This document shows positions 44,818 through 56,845 of a stretch of DNA of 64,000 nucleotides, in pieces. Under the pieces are notes generated by a model. That model saw only the letters and a program-made list of their open reading frames with translations, ran no database searches and had not been told where the DNA came from. Each line of letters begins with the position of its first letter. Within the stretch, counting starts at the first letter, position 1. Made by a program: the position numbers and the translations under genes. Location: NCBI GenBank assembly GCA_030295235.1, contig AP026131.1:992001-1056000 (forward strand). The letters are read 5' to 3'. The stretch comes from Fistulifera solaris (Eukaryota).

Positions 44818-46842
44818 ATGAAGGGGTTTTCTAGGGCGTTATTCGTTTTATCAACAATAGTAGCAACTGTCGCGGCAGACGGCTCGGATCATAAATACAA
44901 ACCGGGCGAACATGTCGAGTTGTGGGTCAACAAGGTTCGTATTTAGCGGATGGCAAAAGATCTTTAGCACTTTACTAATCACTCCTTCATAATACAGGTC
45001 GGTCCTTATGCGAATCCACAGGAAGCGTACGAGTATTACACGCTCCCGTATTGCGCACCGGACACGAAGCACCATCCGGATCAGGGCGGAAAGTTTCAAA
45101 ACTACAAATTCCAGTCCATCGGTGAATATTTGGGCGGACACGTGTTGCGTCATTCCGGGCACGACATTGTCTTTGATCCGAAAGAAAAGACGGAAAGTTG
45201 TTCGACCAAGCCTCTCACCAAGGAGCAGGCGGATCAGTTCATATATGCCGTGCAGCACCGATGGTTCTATCAAATGTATCTCGATGACTTGCCGGTGTGG
45301 GGTATGGTGGGTGAGCTCGAACCGAAAAGTGGTAGTTTGCAATATTCGGAAAAGGATGATTTGCAGCATTTGGAAAATTTGCGCGATGATGTAACGGATT
45401 TATCCCAGTACACGCCCAAAGTCTACACGGTCCGCAACATGCTCATCAAATACAATGGCGCGCAGATTGTGCAAGTGGATTTGCACAGTGACAACTTGCA
45501 GGAAGTCAAAGAAGGTGCCTCGTTGACATTTGAATTGCGTGTGCAATGGGAAGCTACCACGGAAGAATTCCACAGTCGCTTTGAACGCTATCTGGATCAC
45601 GAATTTTTCAAGCATCCGATTCATTGGTTTTCCGTTTTTAACTCATTCATGATGGTCCTATTTCTTATGGGTCTAGTGGCTCTTATTTTACTTCGTACCT
45701 TGAAACGAGACTATGCTCGTTATGGAATTGTCGATATGGAAGAAGGTGGTTACAGTGAAGAGGATGACGAAGGCAAACCTCTCTCGCAGCAAGAAGAAGC
45801 GGGGTGGAAGCAAGTTCACGGAGACGTTTTCCGTGCCCCAGATGGACTACCGATCATTGCAGCGTTGCTCGGAACAGGCTGGCAGCTAGTTATCTTGACT
45901 CTTTCTGTTATTTTATTCGCTGTTTTGGGTCCATTGCACGGTGAAGTACACGAAGAGCGTGGTGAAGTGTTGACGGCGATCATTGTATGCTATTCGCTAT
46001 CTTCAATCATTTCGGGCTACAGTTCGGGAAAATATTTCAAAATGTATTATCCGACGACCTCGGCGGCGCGACGTGCTGCCACGACGGGAGGGGCCAAGAC
46101 GACTCTCTGGCAAATGGTGATGGGATTGACCGTTTTGCTACTTCCCACTCTCACCGTGGCTGTGCTATCCGTCTTAAATACTGTATCCTTGATTTACGGA
46201 ACGATTCACACGATTCCCTTTAGTGTGATTTTGAAACTATTTCTGATTTGGATCTTTGTTTCCGTTCCGCTGTGTGTCGTTGGAACCATGATTGGGCGAC
46301 ATACGACCAGTGCCGGTAAAGGAACAACTGCGGTCCTCGAATACTTCCCTTGTCGAGTCAATGCTATTCCCAGGCCGATTCCGGAAGAAGTCCCGTGGTA
46401 TGGAAAGCCATCTGGGTTGGTCCCTCTAGCCGGGCTTTTGTCGTTCGGCAGTATCTTCATTGAGCTGTACTACATTCTCACGTCGCTGTGGAATTACAAG
46501 TTCTACCATGTTTACGGCTTTCTTCTCGGCGTGTACGGTATTCTCGTCATTGTTGTCGGTATGACCAGCATCATTGTGGTGTATTTCTGTTTGAATGCAG
46601 AAAATTACCACTGGCAGTGGACTGCCTTTGCGAGCGGAGCCAGCACGGCGGTGTACGTTTTCTTGTACGGCATCTATTACTTCTGCTTCAAGACACAAAT
46701 GCACGGAGCGTTGCAGACGATTTTCTACTTTGGGTACATGACATTGCTCTCGGTGCACATTGGATTATTATGTGGCACTTTGGGTCATGGTGCGGCGAGT
46801 CGATTCGTTCGTGCCATCTTCCAGAACGTCAAAGTTGATTAA
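44818..46842 (+). CDS. Transmembrane 9 superfamily (nonaspanin/EMP70, TM9SF3-like; intron 44935-44997)
   Basis: LWVNK|VGPYANPQEAYEYYTLPYC, YLDDLPVWG, IHWFSVFNS, GWKQVHGDVFR, PCRVNAIPRPIP and C-terminal NVKVD. Confidence 0.93.
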
Positions 46843-46964
46843 ATCTGACTCTCTATTTCTTTAAAAAGTAATTAAAAACTGCCAATACAAAAAGATGCAT
46901 GAAAGTCTTCGCTTCGCTTTTTTTTGCAGCGTGTTTCTGAAAAAATCGCACTAAGGCGAAAAAG

Positions 46965-47717
46965 TCATGCATGCGAAAATGTGTTGCTTTTGATAGTAGC
47001 ACAGCCTTGGCTTGTATCCTTGAGCAAACTATTGATCCCTTGGTCTAAGGAGTGAACCACAGACCACGCAAAATGAAAACTGGACTGGTTCGAAGGTAGT
47101 TTCAAGCTTGCCATTGTCAATGGTGACGACAATGCTGCGAGCTTGGGTGATAGTATCGGCGGAGGAGGACCCATGGGAGCTTGCTTGATCCCGATGCTGG
47201 ACTGCGAGAGCATGTTAGCCTTGTGTGATGCTGTATCTGGCTTTTTCGCAATGCCTTTAGTCAAAAGTGGAGTCATCGTATGCTGGCTCCAATTGATCGA
47301 ATGCAATCGCGCTCCGTTTTTCGCGACGGTATATCTGTAGAAAGGATTCAGTTGCCCAGCCATGTACTTATAGCGCACTACTTCTTGTTGATAGTATATA
47401 GACTGTTCTTGTGCTCGGTATTCAAAGCGTGCTCGTTCGTCTACTGTGAGACTGTTCCATCGGAAGGCGAGAGCTAAATGCAGGTGATCTTTCGGTCGAT
47501 TTCCAAATAATGACTTTTCACGACACGACTCATACATGCTCAGCCTATATTCCTTACTCCATGTTTGTTTTTCCTCTTCGCAAAAGAGATCAAATGCTGT
47601 TGGGGGCGGTTGCGGTATTGCGAAGGGCTTAACGAGCGGCCTAATCTTTCGCAGAGATGATCGTTTTGAGGGGACCTTCGCCGATATATCGCTCCCGTTG
47701 CCACTACTGTTCACCAT
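46965..47717 (-). CDS. HMG-box protein (divergent)
   Basis: PQPPPTAFDLFCEEEK..LAFRWNSLTVDERARFEYRA..YQQEV..Y. Confidence 0.7.
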   Translation of the reverse strand: MVNSSGNGSDISAKVPSKRSSLRKIRPLVKPFAIPQPPPTAFDLFCEEEKQTWSKEYRLSMYESCREKSLFGNRPKDHLHLALAFRWNSLTVDERARFEYRAQEQSIYYQQEVVRYKYMAGQLNPFYRYTVAKNGARLHSINWSQHTMTPLLTKGIAKKPDTASHKANMLSQSSIGIKQAPMGPPPPILSPKLAALSSPLTMASLKLPSNQSSFHFAWSVVHSLDQGINSLLKDTSQGCATIKSNTFSHA

Positions 47718-48180
47718 GGTCCTCTGAGTTTACGGAAACTTGCAAGAACCCATTGTCAACTCTAATGACTTTCTCGCTCGTCGCCGACCTACTTGTTTGT
47801 GTTTCTTCTTTCTCACAGAAAAAGTGAAGTGTTTGCATTGTTGTCGAAGAAATTCTGGAAGTAAAAAGGCTTGCTTCCAGAACTTTAGCTTTCGAATGAT
47901 CAAGTGTCGTACAAAGTACCACTGAGTACCGCTTCTGAAACCACGATTCAAGACCGATCAGTGTGAGTCATGAGGAACATGACGAAGTTGACTGTGGAAC
48001 GTTAAGTACTTTCGAAATTGCCGCCGGTCGCGTTTTTCCCCCGAACGGCGACGACGACATCAACGACAACAACAATAATTGATGCACAGCAAAGCAGGAG
48101 ATAAAGAACAATCACCATTGTCTTTGGACTTGAGAGCTAGAGCATGACTTTGCGTGCTGTTACAGATCGTATTAGTTGTC

Positions 48181-50472
48181 ATGAAACGTAATCGGAGATC
48201 ACCGACATCCATAGATCGATCGGAAAACATTGTGCTTTTAGAGGACGACGAACAAGGGTATATTCACCATTACCCCAGAGAAGATGCAATCATACGCAAC
48301 ATTGCGTCGTTTATGACACTATCCGATGCAACATCTTTGACTTCAGCGTGGCCGGATCATGCGGATGCTGGCGTTACTCCTTCCGATTCTTGGGCGGTTG
48401 GCATTGAATTACACCCCGAAGATTCGTGGGATATTGCAACACCTTTAACGCCGGCTTTGGTGGCGTTATCGCCGTGCGAGAACGGACAGGATGATCATCT
48501 AGAAAGTATGGATGAATTACTTCGTGAAAGGCGGCGGCAGTGGGCGCAAGAAAAATTAACCACGGCTATTTTCGCTCATCCGCGATCGCTCCGGTCCTAT
48601 TGTTTAGAGGCATACTCCGCGGCCAAAGATATTCGCGCACAGAACCAACAACAGCATGATCTTCGCAAAGGAGATCCGGAAACATTAGTTGAACCGTCGA
48701 AGCTGGACCATCCCTCGACTAGAAAACGAAAACAGAACTTGAAAGTCCTTCATGATCTCATTGATATTGTTTTTCATAATGTCCCCTTGTCTGTTCTTAT
48801 TGATATCGTGGAAGCAACTACTGGATTATGCCTTGACACCACGGTTGCGGCATTCTGTTTCACCGGAAGGTCGATTCGTGCATTCTTTTCGGCCATAGTG
48901 GCGCTCATAGGAGCAGCTTGGGATGCTGTGACCAATTTTAACCCCTTCCAGCTTTTGGAAGCCATCATTACGATGCAGTTCAACGCGATGGGTAAAACAA
49001 GTGAAGCTCTCGCGAGCGGCTTGCAGAGTGTTGCGACGGGTGTAGGGTCGGCGAGCAGCATGGCTCTGAATCGGTTCTCTGGAGCTAATTTATCGGGGGT
49101 CATGTCGGCTTCGTCTCTCGTTGCTGGGGGACACTCCAAGAGGGGGACGATAGCAGTCAATCAAAAGCTGCTAAAGAAGTTGAGCACCATCAATGATGCA
49201 GCTCTTGTGGTTTCCTATAAAGAGTATGAAGATGATACCGGAGGACTTACTCGAAAGGCAATCAGCCGAACACGACGAATGATGCACTACGCTGTCTCTC
49301 TTCGACCTTTTGTGGCCACTGTTGCAGTCAATCAGGAGGGTGGCGGATCTCCCATGCTTGCGATGAATGAGAGTGAGTCAGATGAAAGTGATTCGGTGGG
49401 CGATGGGGACAGTCCGTTTATGTGCACTCCTCAGTCGTTTCCTCCGACACCACATTCAAGACAGTTTGTGATGATGCAAAAGTCGCGGTTTTCGGAAGAC
49501 GACATTTTTGCTGCTCGCGATCGCCTTCGTTTGCATGATGCTCTGGCTAGTGAAGATGAGAAAACCCGGGAGATGGCAGCGGCACTGAAGGAGAATAGGA
49601 TACTGGCTGTGTTTGACGACCGAGATTGCAGAGAGAGTGATATCGAACTTCGGTGTGGAGGACATGTAGCAACCAAAGTTGGTAGTATGTACTATTCAAC
49701 CGCCCGAGGAAGAGTCCCCTTGCTGCGGAATTGTTACGTGTATTTTGAAATGTCGGTCCTTCCGAATATCCGAAGTATTCCACCTATCACATTGCCCACC
49801 TTGTCGATCGGACTATCCACGGAGGAAATGCCTCCGAACACGTTAGTAGGTGCCTGGCAAGGCTCAGTGGGTTTGTGTACAAACGGACAAATCTTAACCG
49901 GAGGACAATGGTGCTCTTCACCGGATCCTGCTTTGAATTGTTACACGGCTGGTTCGACAGTTGGATGCTTAGTTCGCCTGGACGACGACTCCGCGTTTGA
50001 AACCTGGGATGGCGTCATGATTACGGCTACAGTAACATTTTCGGTTGACGGTCGCCGAGTGTCGCCAGTCATATTCCCACCTGCGGATTTGCAGCCAAAA
50101 GCTCCTCCAACCTTATCTGCAGCTGTCACTTCAACATCTCTCGACATCAAGCCTTCGTCGTTGGATAGTAAGCTAAGGACGATGGGTACTTCTCAAGTCT
50201 CCGTTACACCGGATCTCCTCGCGAGGCCTCCCATGTCCTTCGGTCCTCCGGAAACACTGGCTTCCAATCCTCCCTTTCCTACCGCTTCTGTGAAACTGTT
50301 GGTTCCAGCGGCCGAAGATGTCTTTCCTACGGTGACGATGCAAAGTGTGGCAACATCTGTAATGTGTCGTTTCTCTTCCCAGGATATCTTAGCTACCTCA
50401 CGTAATATGATTGGTGCCCCCGACGATGGGTCGCTGGTCTACGCAGTCGATGGTAGTGTTTTGAATTTCTAG
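48181..50472 (+). CDS. SPRY/B30.2-domain protein (SSH4-like C-terminus)
   Basis: VYFEMSV, LSIGLST, NTLVGAWQGSVGL, GSTVGCLV, TFSVDG and VFPTVTM in a long open frame. Confidence 0.7.
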   Translation: MKRNRRSPTSIDRSENIVLLEDDEQGYIHHYPREDAIIRNIASFMTLSDATSLTSAWPDHADAGVTPSDSWAVGIELHPEDSWDIATPLTPALVALSPCENGQDDHLESMDELLRERRRQWAQEKLTTAIFAHPRSLRSYCLEAYSAAKDIRAQNQQQHDLRKGDPETLVEPSKLDHPSTRKRKQNLKVLHDLIDIVFHNVPLSVLIDIVEATTGLCLDTTVAAFCFTGRSIRAFFSAIVALIGAAWDAVTNFNPFQLLEAIITMQFNAMGKTSEALASGLQSVATGVGSASSMALNRFSGANLSGVMSASSLVAGGHSKRGTIAVNQKLLKKLSTINDAALVVSYKEYEDDTGGLTRKAISRTRRMMHYAVSLRPFVATVAVNQEGGGSPMLAMNESESDESDSVGDGDSPFMCTPQSFPPTPHSRQFVMMQKSRFSEDDIFAARDRLRLHDALASEDEKTREMAAALKENRILAVFDDRDCRESDIELRCGGHVATKVGSMYYSTARGRVPLLRNCYVYFEMSVLPNIRSIPPITLPTLSIGLSTEEMPPNTLVGAWQGSVGLCTNGQILTGGQWCSSPDPALNCYTAGSTVGCLVRLDDDSAFETWDGVMITATVTFSVDGRRVSPVIFPPADLQPKAPPTLSAAVTSTSLDIKPSSLDSKLRTMGTSQVSVTPDLLARPPMSFGPPETLASNPPFPTASVKLLVPAAEDVFPTVTMQSVATSVMCRFSSQDILATSRNMIGAPDDGSLVYAVDGSVLNF

Positions 50473-50531
50473 AACAGTTAAAATAATATAGTTGTCGTAT
50501 CTATCGTGTGAATAATGATTCTATTCGTTCT

Positions 50532-51505
50532 CTAAATACTTCGTGTCGCCGCAATCGCCGCACCAACTTTTGACCGGGTGGGCTTCCCCAGAAGAGCGCA
50601 AATGAATTCGGCAGCATCCACTAACTTCATGAGATCGATTCCCGTTTCGAGGCCCATCCCGTGGAGCATGTACAGGACATCCTCGGTGGCGACATTCCCC
50701 GAGGCTCCTTTCGCGTAAGGACAACCACCCAAACCGGCGACCGACGAATCGATGGTAGTGATCCCCTGCTCCAGGGAAACCAGGATGTTGACGAGTCCTT
50801 GACCGTATGTATCGTGAAAGTGAACGGCAATCTGCTTCTTTTCCTCGTCGGAGAATTCTTGAAGCAATCGCTTGGTCTCGTACGGTGTTCCCACCCCAAT
50901 GGTATCACCCAGAGAGACTTGGCAACATCCCATTTCGAACAGTTTCCGAGTCACGGTTGCTACTTGTGCCGAGGAAATGGCTCCCTCATACGGACAAGCA
51001 ATGGCACACGAAACATACCCCCGAACGGGTAATTGTTTTTGTGCGGCCATCTCTAGCACGGGCCGGAATCGTTCCAACGATTCGGTAATACTGCAATTGA
51101 TATTTTTCTGCGAAAACGTTTCACTCGCGGCAGCAAAATGGCAATTTCGTTCACGCGTGATGGCGCTTGTTCCAGGCCTCGAAGATTCGGCACCAAAGCC
51201 ACCAAGGTCGTCGTCCGCGGCAAGTTTTCGAGTTCTTGAAATACTTGTTCGGTGTCGGCCATTTGCGGAACCCATTTGGGTGAAACAAAACTCCCAGCTT
51301 CAATGTACGAACATCCCGCGGATGCCAGCATGCGTATGAACTGTGCTCGATCTTGCACGGACAGTGTCACCAATTCGTTCTGCAAACCATCGCGGGGACC
51401 GACTTCGACCATGCGGACGGCGGGTGTCGTCAGCCGTCTTCTCACGAAATGGCCCGTTCGAAGGCGTTTTTGGAGTTGAGATGTAAAGGGAGTGATTCCT
51501 CTCAT
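50532..51505 (-). CDS. HMGCL: Hydroxymethylglutaryl-CoA lyase, mitochondrial (frameshift near 51135)
   Basis: VEVGPRDGLQNE, SFVSPKWVPQMAD, SLGDTIGVGTP, HFHDTYG and GLGGCPYAKGASGNVATED. Confidence 0.95.
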
Positions 51506-51709
51506 CGATGGATAATGATGAATGTTTTTCTATTCAACTTATGCGTGTTCTCACTCGATCGAGAAAGAGTGTCACTGCGTTTCTGTTCGTTTTTGTGTTT
51601 GCGCACTTTTTTGCGCGGACGAGGAAAAGTTCGTTAAAAACTATACTCTTTTCTAAGAAGTAGTCTCGAGTCTCTCTACGACTTCACGGTAAGGTTACTG
51701 TACTCCGAG

Positions 51710-52300
51710 AAGTTCTGGAACGCGCACTTTCTTTCGTCGTTATGATCAAATAATAGACTAGACCCAACAGTTTCCTGAATTTCTGGAACGCGCATTTTCA
51801 TTTGTAATACCCCAAAACAACGTGTCCAGAATTTCTGGAACGTGCACAGCATTTCGGTAGGATCGAAAAATCTGGTCCAGATTTTCCGGACCACCACAGA
51901 ATTTCTGTATGATAAGAATAATAGCTTATCCAGAATTTCTAGGTGCTGTCTCTTTCGTTATGATCAAATCACAGTGTCCAGAATTTCTGCTCTCTTTCGT
52001 TATAGTAATCCAAAACACCTTGTCCAGAATTTCTGGAACGTTCACAGCATCTCGGTAGGATCGAAAAATCCGGTCCAGAATTTCTGGACCATTACAGAAT
52101 TTCTGTATGATCAGAATAATAACTTATCCAGAATTTCTGGAACGTGCACTTTCTTTCGTCGTTATGATCAAATAACAGTTTCCTGAATTTCTGGAACGCG
52201 CATTTTCATTTCGGTAGGATCGAAAAATCTGGTCCAGAATTTCTGGACCAGCACAGAATTTCTGTATGATCAAGAATAATCACTTATCCAGAATTTCTGG
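51710..52300 (-). repeat. Palindrome-rich repeat cluster (family C), copy 3, inverted
   Basis: CATTTCGGTAGGATCGAAAAATCTGGTCCAGAATTTCTGGACC occurs 3 times (with variants). It is the reverse complement of the subunits at 9.0-9.45 kb. Confidence 0.9.
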
Positions 52301-52395
52301 ATGTGCGGTTTTTTGTTATATATTGCGATCTTTTTTCAAAAAAAATCATCATCATCGATGTAGATCGCAAACAGAACAAGTCTATCTTTTCCAGA

Positions 52396-53990
52396 ATGCA
52401 TGGTTCACACCATTCTAAGTCATTCATTCTTTCACTACTTGTCTTTGTTTTACGGAATGCGGACGCCCAAACCTGTAGCGCACTCGACGGTTATGTGCGG
52501 GTAGACAATCAACCGTTGCGCCCCAAGGATTTGCCGGCCGTGCAACTCTTCCAAGATTGGCAGAACTCGACCATCTCGATTCACAACTCTTTGCTTGTCA
52601 ATGTATCCTCGGGTTCGATTCGACAGGCAGGTTATAGCAATTATACGTCACAAGTCGAACTACTGTCCAAGATTGTCACCGCCGAAGAAGTGAGTCGGAT
52701 GCTGCAATTATTGAACAGTCCTCAAACGTTTTTGGATCAAGATCCGGATACAGTGGATGGATTTTCGACACAAGAATTCTTTCTCGATAATGATAGTCTT
52801 CGGAATGGCGAATCCGGAAAGCCGGGATTTGAATCGTCCGAGCAAGCGGAACAACGCCGCGAACTGCGACATGCTTTGCAAAGTATCGTACAACCCATAC
52901 TGGAAGAACGCATTACACCGTACGTCAATCAACGCTTTGCAGCTTGTCAAGGACGATGTACACCCTGCTACTCGCTCCTTCGTCGTTACTTGTACGGTGA
53001 GCGCCAATCGCATGCTCCGCATCGGGACGGTCATTCCTTTGTGACCGTGGTCGTGAGTTTGAGTGAGTACGGCACCGATTATCTTGGAGGGCTTTACGTT
53101 GCCTCGGAAACGAGTCATCCGTATTACTTGAAATTGAACCAAGGAGATGCGGCGGTCCATCAGAGTGATCTTTTGCACGGTGTCAAAGTCTACCCCATCG
53201 AAACGGAGGATGGTTTACGCGCGACCCGTTGGTCTTGGATTTTGTGGTTCCGCGATTCGGAACAATGTGAGGATGAGTCGCATCTGTGGTTCAAAGATTG
53301 TGCCGAAGAGGGGAATCCGACCTGTCAAATGATGCATGCCACCAAGGTATCGAGTATTCCGGGCATTTCTTCCGAAGAAGCCATGAAAGAAGTGGTCCTC
53401 TGGAATGAGAAAGCGGCAGAAATGGGTCACGCGACGGCTTGTGTCAAGTTGGCTCGTGCATTGTTGGGAAAATTACCGTCTCATTTGAAAAGAATCGAAA
53501 CGAGGCCAGGAAATTGTTCTTGAGAGCCATAGAATCGTCGAATGACCCCGATGCACAATACGGCATGGCCACCCTGTATTTGGAAGACGCCGGTGCGAAC
53601 GTAATACTGGGACGCCCGTACGACGATCTGGTCAAGAAGGCTGTAGCCCATTTAGAAGCGTCCGCGCTCGGAGGTCATCCATTTGCCATGTTCAATCTAG
53701 GCATGGTGCACATGATGGGATATGGGACGAAAATCGACCATGCATTGGCCGGAGAATGGTTCGAGGCATCGGGACTACCGGAAGGTTTGGCGGCTCGATC
53801 GATGCACTATTCGTCCATTGGGGAGCCCGAACAAGCGGTCGAGTTTCAACGAAGAGCTCAGTCCTTGGGTTTTGGAGCCCCCTGGCGCGTTCTGGCTCGC
53901 GAAAGTACGGGTTATGGCGGTGCCGGTGGCATCGATTTCAATTTGCCATGGCCTCCCAATGAATCGAATCGGGTTCCTCCGAAATGGTAA
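52396..53990 (+). CDS. Secretory 2OG-Fe(II) oxygenase with C-terminal Sel1-like repeats (frameshift near 53490)
   Basis: Signal peptide, LRRY, HxD (PHRD), YLGGL, LLHGV, RWSWILWF, then DAQYGMATLY and AMFNLGMVHMMGYG..AGEWF. Confidence 0.8.
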
Positions 53991-54789
53991 TTGATTTTTG
54001 AATAAGTGGTATTACTAGTTGTATGTAATTTTGTTAAACCGACTATTTACACTAGTGCGACTTGCAAACTAACGAATGAATAGTCTACTTCAAAATGAAT
54101 AATTATCATAGCTATAATAAAGTCAGTTGGTTAGGGATAGAGCTCAGGAATTGCTTCGAAGAAAGACGGTTGACTGACGCGCGTATACCGGTACTTTTCT
54201 CGTTATAATGACGGTTTTTTTTATCCTCATCCTTGTTGGACCCATACGAAATTTGTTTCGCTTTCACCGCACAGGCACAGCGCATGTCAAACGGCGGATC
54301 GTTGAGAGCAAAGCAACACAGCAACAGGTTCTAAAAACAGAATAAAAACCGTTCAATAAACGTATTTCCTTCATTCATACCCGGTATCGAATAATAAGGG
54401 TTTTATGCTAAGAGGTTAGCTCTGTGTGGTATTCCGGTTCATACCTGCTCAAAATGGTAAGCGATTAAGAGATTCAAGCAGGAGTCCGTTCCTTGAGGCG
54501 GGGGTGTGTTCGTTCGATCGCAGTGTTTTTAGCAACAGTTGTCTCACGCCGTTTTGTGGTTTGATGAACTATTCTGAATAACTATTTTAATTGCAGTTCG
54601 GTCTCGCGTTCAGCGGGAGCCAAAAAGGGTGAAGAGTATGGTCTACGCGTTCAAAAGAGTGCCCAACTTCGGAAATCAACCAAATTTGTTGTTCCGAAGG
54701 TTACGCACGCGGAAGACCCCGTCGAGAAAACGAATTCGAAACGAAATAGGAGGAGAAGGCGACCGAAGAAACCACAGGCGGAGGGACCC

Positions 54790-56262
54790 ATGTATCCGAA
54801 AATTTTGTCGAAGAAACCACACGATGCTCCGATGACCAAGCGTGATTTGTATTTTTGTCTTCGGTGCGGCATGGTTGTAGTAGGAAAGCAAGGCATGGAT
54901 AGTGCCGTAGGCCGGGTGGTTCTGGTGAACTGGGAGAATGAGACCGTCTTTGATAAATTTGTCAAAGTCCCGCTCCATGTAGCCGATTATCGCACCTCAG
55001 AGACCGGAATCACCGAGAAGGATCTCTCGTCATCAGGTGCTGTAACATTTGATCAAGCTCGAAAAGAAGTGGGCAGACTCATAAAAGGGAAAATTCTGAT
55101 AGGACATGGACTGGAGGTTGACTTGGCTTCGCTTGGATTGACTCATCCTTCGAGTGATACCCGCGACACGGCAACGTATACTGCTTATATGAAGGAAGTT
55201 ACGGACGTCAAATCTCCCATGCTTATGCCACAAGAATTGTCAACTCTCAGTAAAAAAGAACTAGGTCGAGATGTTGGGAAGGGCCCTGTTTCTCAGGCAA
55301 CAGTTTGCTTGGAACTCTACAAGGCAGCTCGGGCCAGCTGGGAGACGGAACTAATCCACTTGGTGCAACAGAAGGAAAGACAGCGACAGATGGTCATGTC
55401 TATGCGGGCGAGTGGCCAAGGAAATACGCGAATCAATGGAATTTCTGTACCGCTTTTTGCAATTCGAGAGAATGATGCATTACTTCAGCAAGGATATCGA
55501 CAGGGTGGACCTGCATTTCCTTGTACTTCTTCGGTCGATTCCGGTTCTCAGAGTGGGTCGTACTATTATGACGACGAGCTGACCTCTGAGACAAGTTATT
55601 TTAGCTTTGAAACGGACAACTTGTCAACGGTGACACCGAATCGTGCTCCAGCGCTCTCTGACTTTAGTGCGTCGTCGCAAGGTCGGGCGTCTGTTCTGCC
55701 CCAACCGGCTCAATGTGACGACGTAAATTACACAGAAAGGCGTTTCACAGATGCCTTCTCATTGACTCAGAAACCCGGGGTGAGCGAATCAGACAATAAC
55801 CGGACGAGCTCAGTGCCGAATAAATTTTTAGGACCATGCGATACAACCGATATTTGGGGTGTTTCGAAACCTCTGGGCTATATAGCCACTCCATCGCAAG
55901 ACGCGCAAATTCCGACCGATTTGAATATTGATATAACGAAACCTCCATGCTCCGATGACGAAGAACTTTTGATGCACCTACCATCAGCGCTTCTTGCCGA
56001 TCTAGACCAGGATATAAATTGCACGTTACCCCCCAAATCCACAGCTGAGAAGGAGACCACGGAGAGCTCCACTCTATGGTACCGAACACGGAGGAAGCAG
56101 AAGAGTTTGTCGGATTTTGGGTCGCGACATACTGGTGAAACTGGCAAGCCGATCAGTCGCTTCATAAGAACTGCATCTTTAGACAACATCATTATAAAGG
56201 AGGAAAAGAAAACGCCAGGGGTCTGGTTTCGCTCCTTGAGAATGCTCCATGCTACCAGGTAA
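54790..56262 (+). CDS. REX4-like DEDDh exonuclease-domain protein, catalytically degenerate; 5' end uncertain
   Basis: GRVVLVNW, FDKFVK, VADYRT..TGIT, KGKILIGHGLEVDL and TRDTA, followed by a long low-complexity tail. Confidence 0.75.
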   Translation: MYPKILSKKPHDAPMTKRDLYFCLRCGMVVVGKQGMDSAVGRVVLVNWENETVFDKFVKVPLHVADYRTSETGITEKDLSSSGAVTFDQARKEVGRLIKGKILIGHGLEVDLASLGLTHPSSDTRDTATYTAYMKEVTDVKSPMLMPQELSTLSKKELGRDVGKGPVSQATVCLELYKAARASWETELIHLVQQKERQRQMVMSMRASGQGNTRINGISVPLFAIRENDALLQQGYRQGGPAFPCTSSVDSGSQSGSYYYDDELTSETSYFSFETDNLSTVTPNRAPALSDFSASSQGRASVLPQPAQCDDVNYTERRFTDAFSLTQKPGVSESDNNRTSSVPNKFLGPCDTTDIWGVSKPLGYIATPSQDAQIPTDLNIDITKPPCSDDEELLMHLPSALLADLDQDINCTLPPKSTAEKETTESSTLWYRTRRKQKSLSDFGSRHTGETGKPISRFIRTASLDNIIIKEEKKTPGVWFRSLRMLHATR

Positions 56263-56569
56263 CCCTTCCAGCGTCTCGTCTGTCTTTCTTCGAAGACCGG
56301 TCCGGTGTTTCGTTATAAAGTCTGATTTCGTATCAACTTGTTGATTGTACTAATTTTGAAAGGAAGCAGAGCCGAAGTCAAAAGGTTTTGCATTTTTAGA
56401 TACTTGAACATTAAAGTACGTCATAGTGATGCTGGACTTGGTTGCAGAATAATAATCCAAAGTAATTAGTATTGACTAGGATAGAGAAAAGAAGAGCGTT
56501 GTTTTTAAAATTGCAAAAAAACACAGCACTTCAGAAATTCCGTCTGCCTGAAAATAAGTTATGTGGTAT

Positions 56570-56845
56570 CTACTATAGTTCAAAGTGTAGCACACCTTTT
56601 CCTCGACTGCATTTCAGTCATGAATTTATCAAAATTCTTTTGAGTGACATTGTCACCTCTAGAATCTTTTGTTCGTCAAATTCTTTGAGATGCACTTGTC
56701 GTTACTGCAATGTAACAGTCTTTAGAAGCGTTTGCATTGCACGCCTTGATATTTTGAAGTCGAAAAGCCTGCAAAACGTTGTTTTCCGTATTTACTATGC
56801 ATGGGTTCAATGAGAAACGAGATACGATTGATTGCATTTCAGTCA
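56570..56845 (-). repeat. Family-A unit (2 boxes, ~222-bp spacing), reverse orientation
   Basis: TACTATAGTTCAAAGTGT..CGACTGCATTTCAGTCATGAAT at 56571-56625 and degenerate TTTACTAT..GATTGCATTTCAGTCA at about 56791-56845. Confidence 0.75.

Noticed and set aside
26..51505. Leucine-catabolism gene cluster (IVD and HMG-CoA lyase)
   Set aside because: The genes are about 49 kb apart with many unrelated genes between them, so co-occurrence is probably chance.
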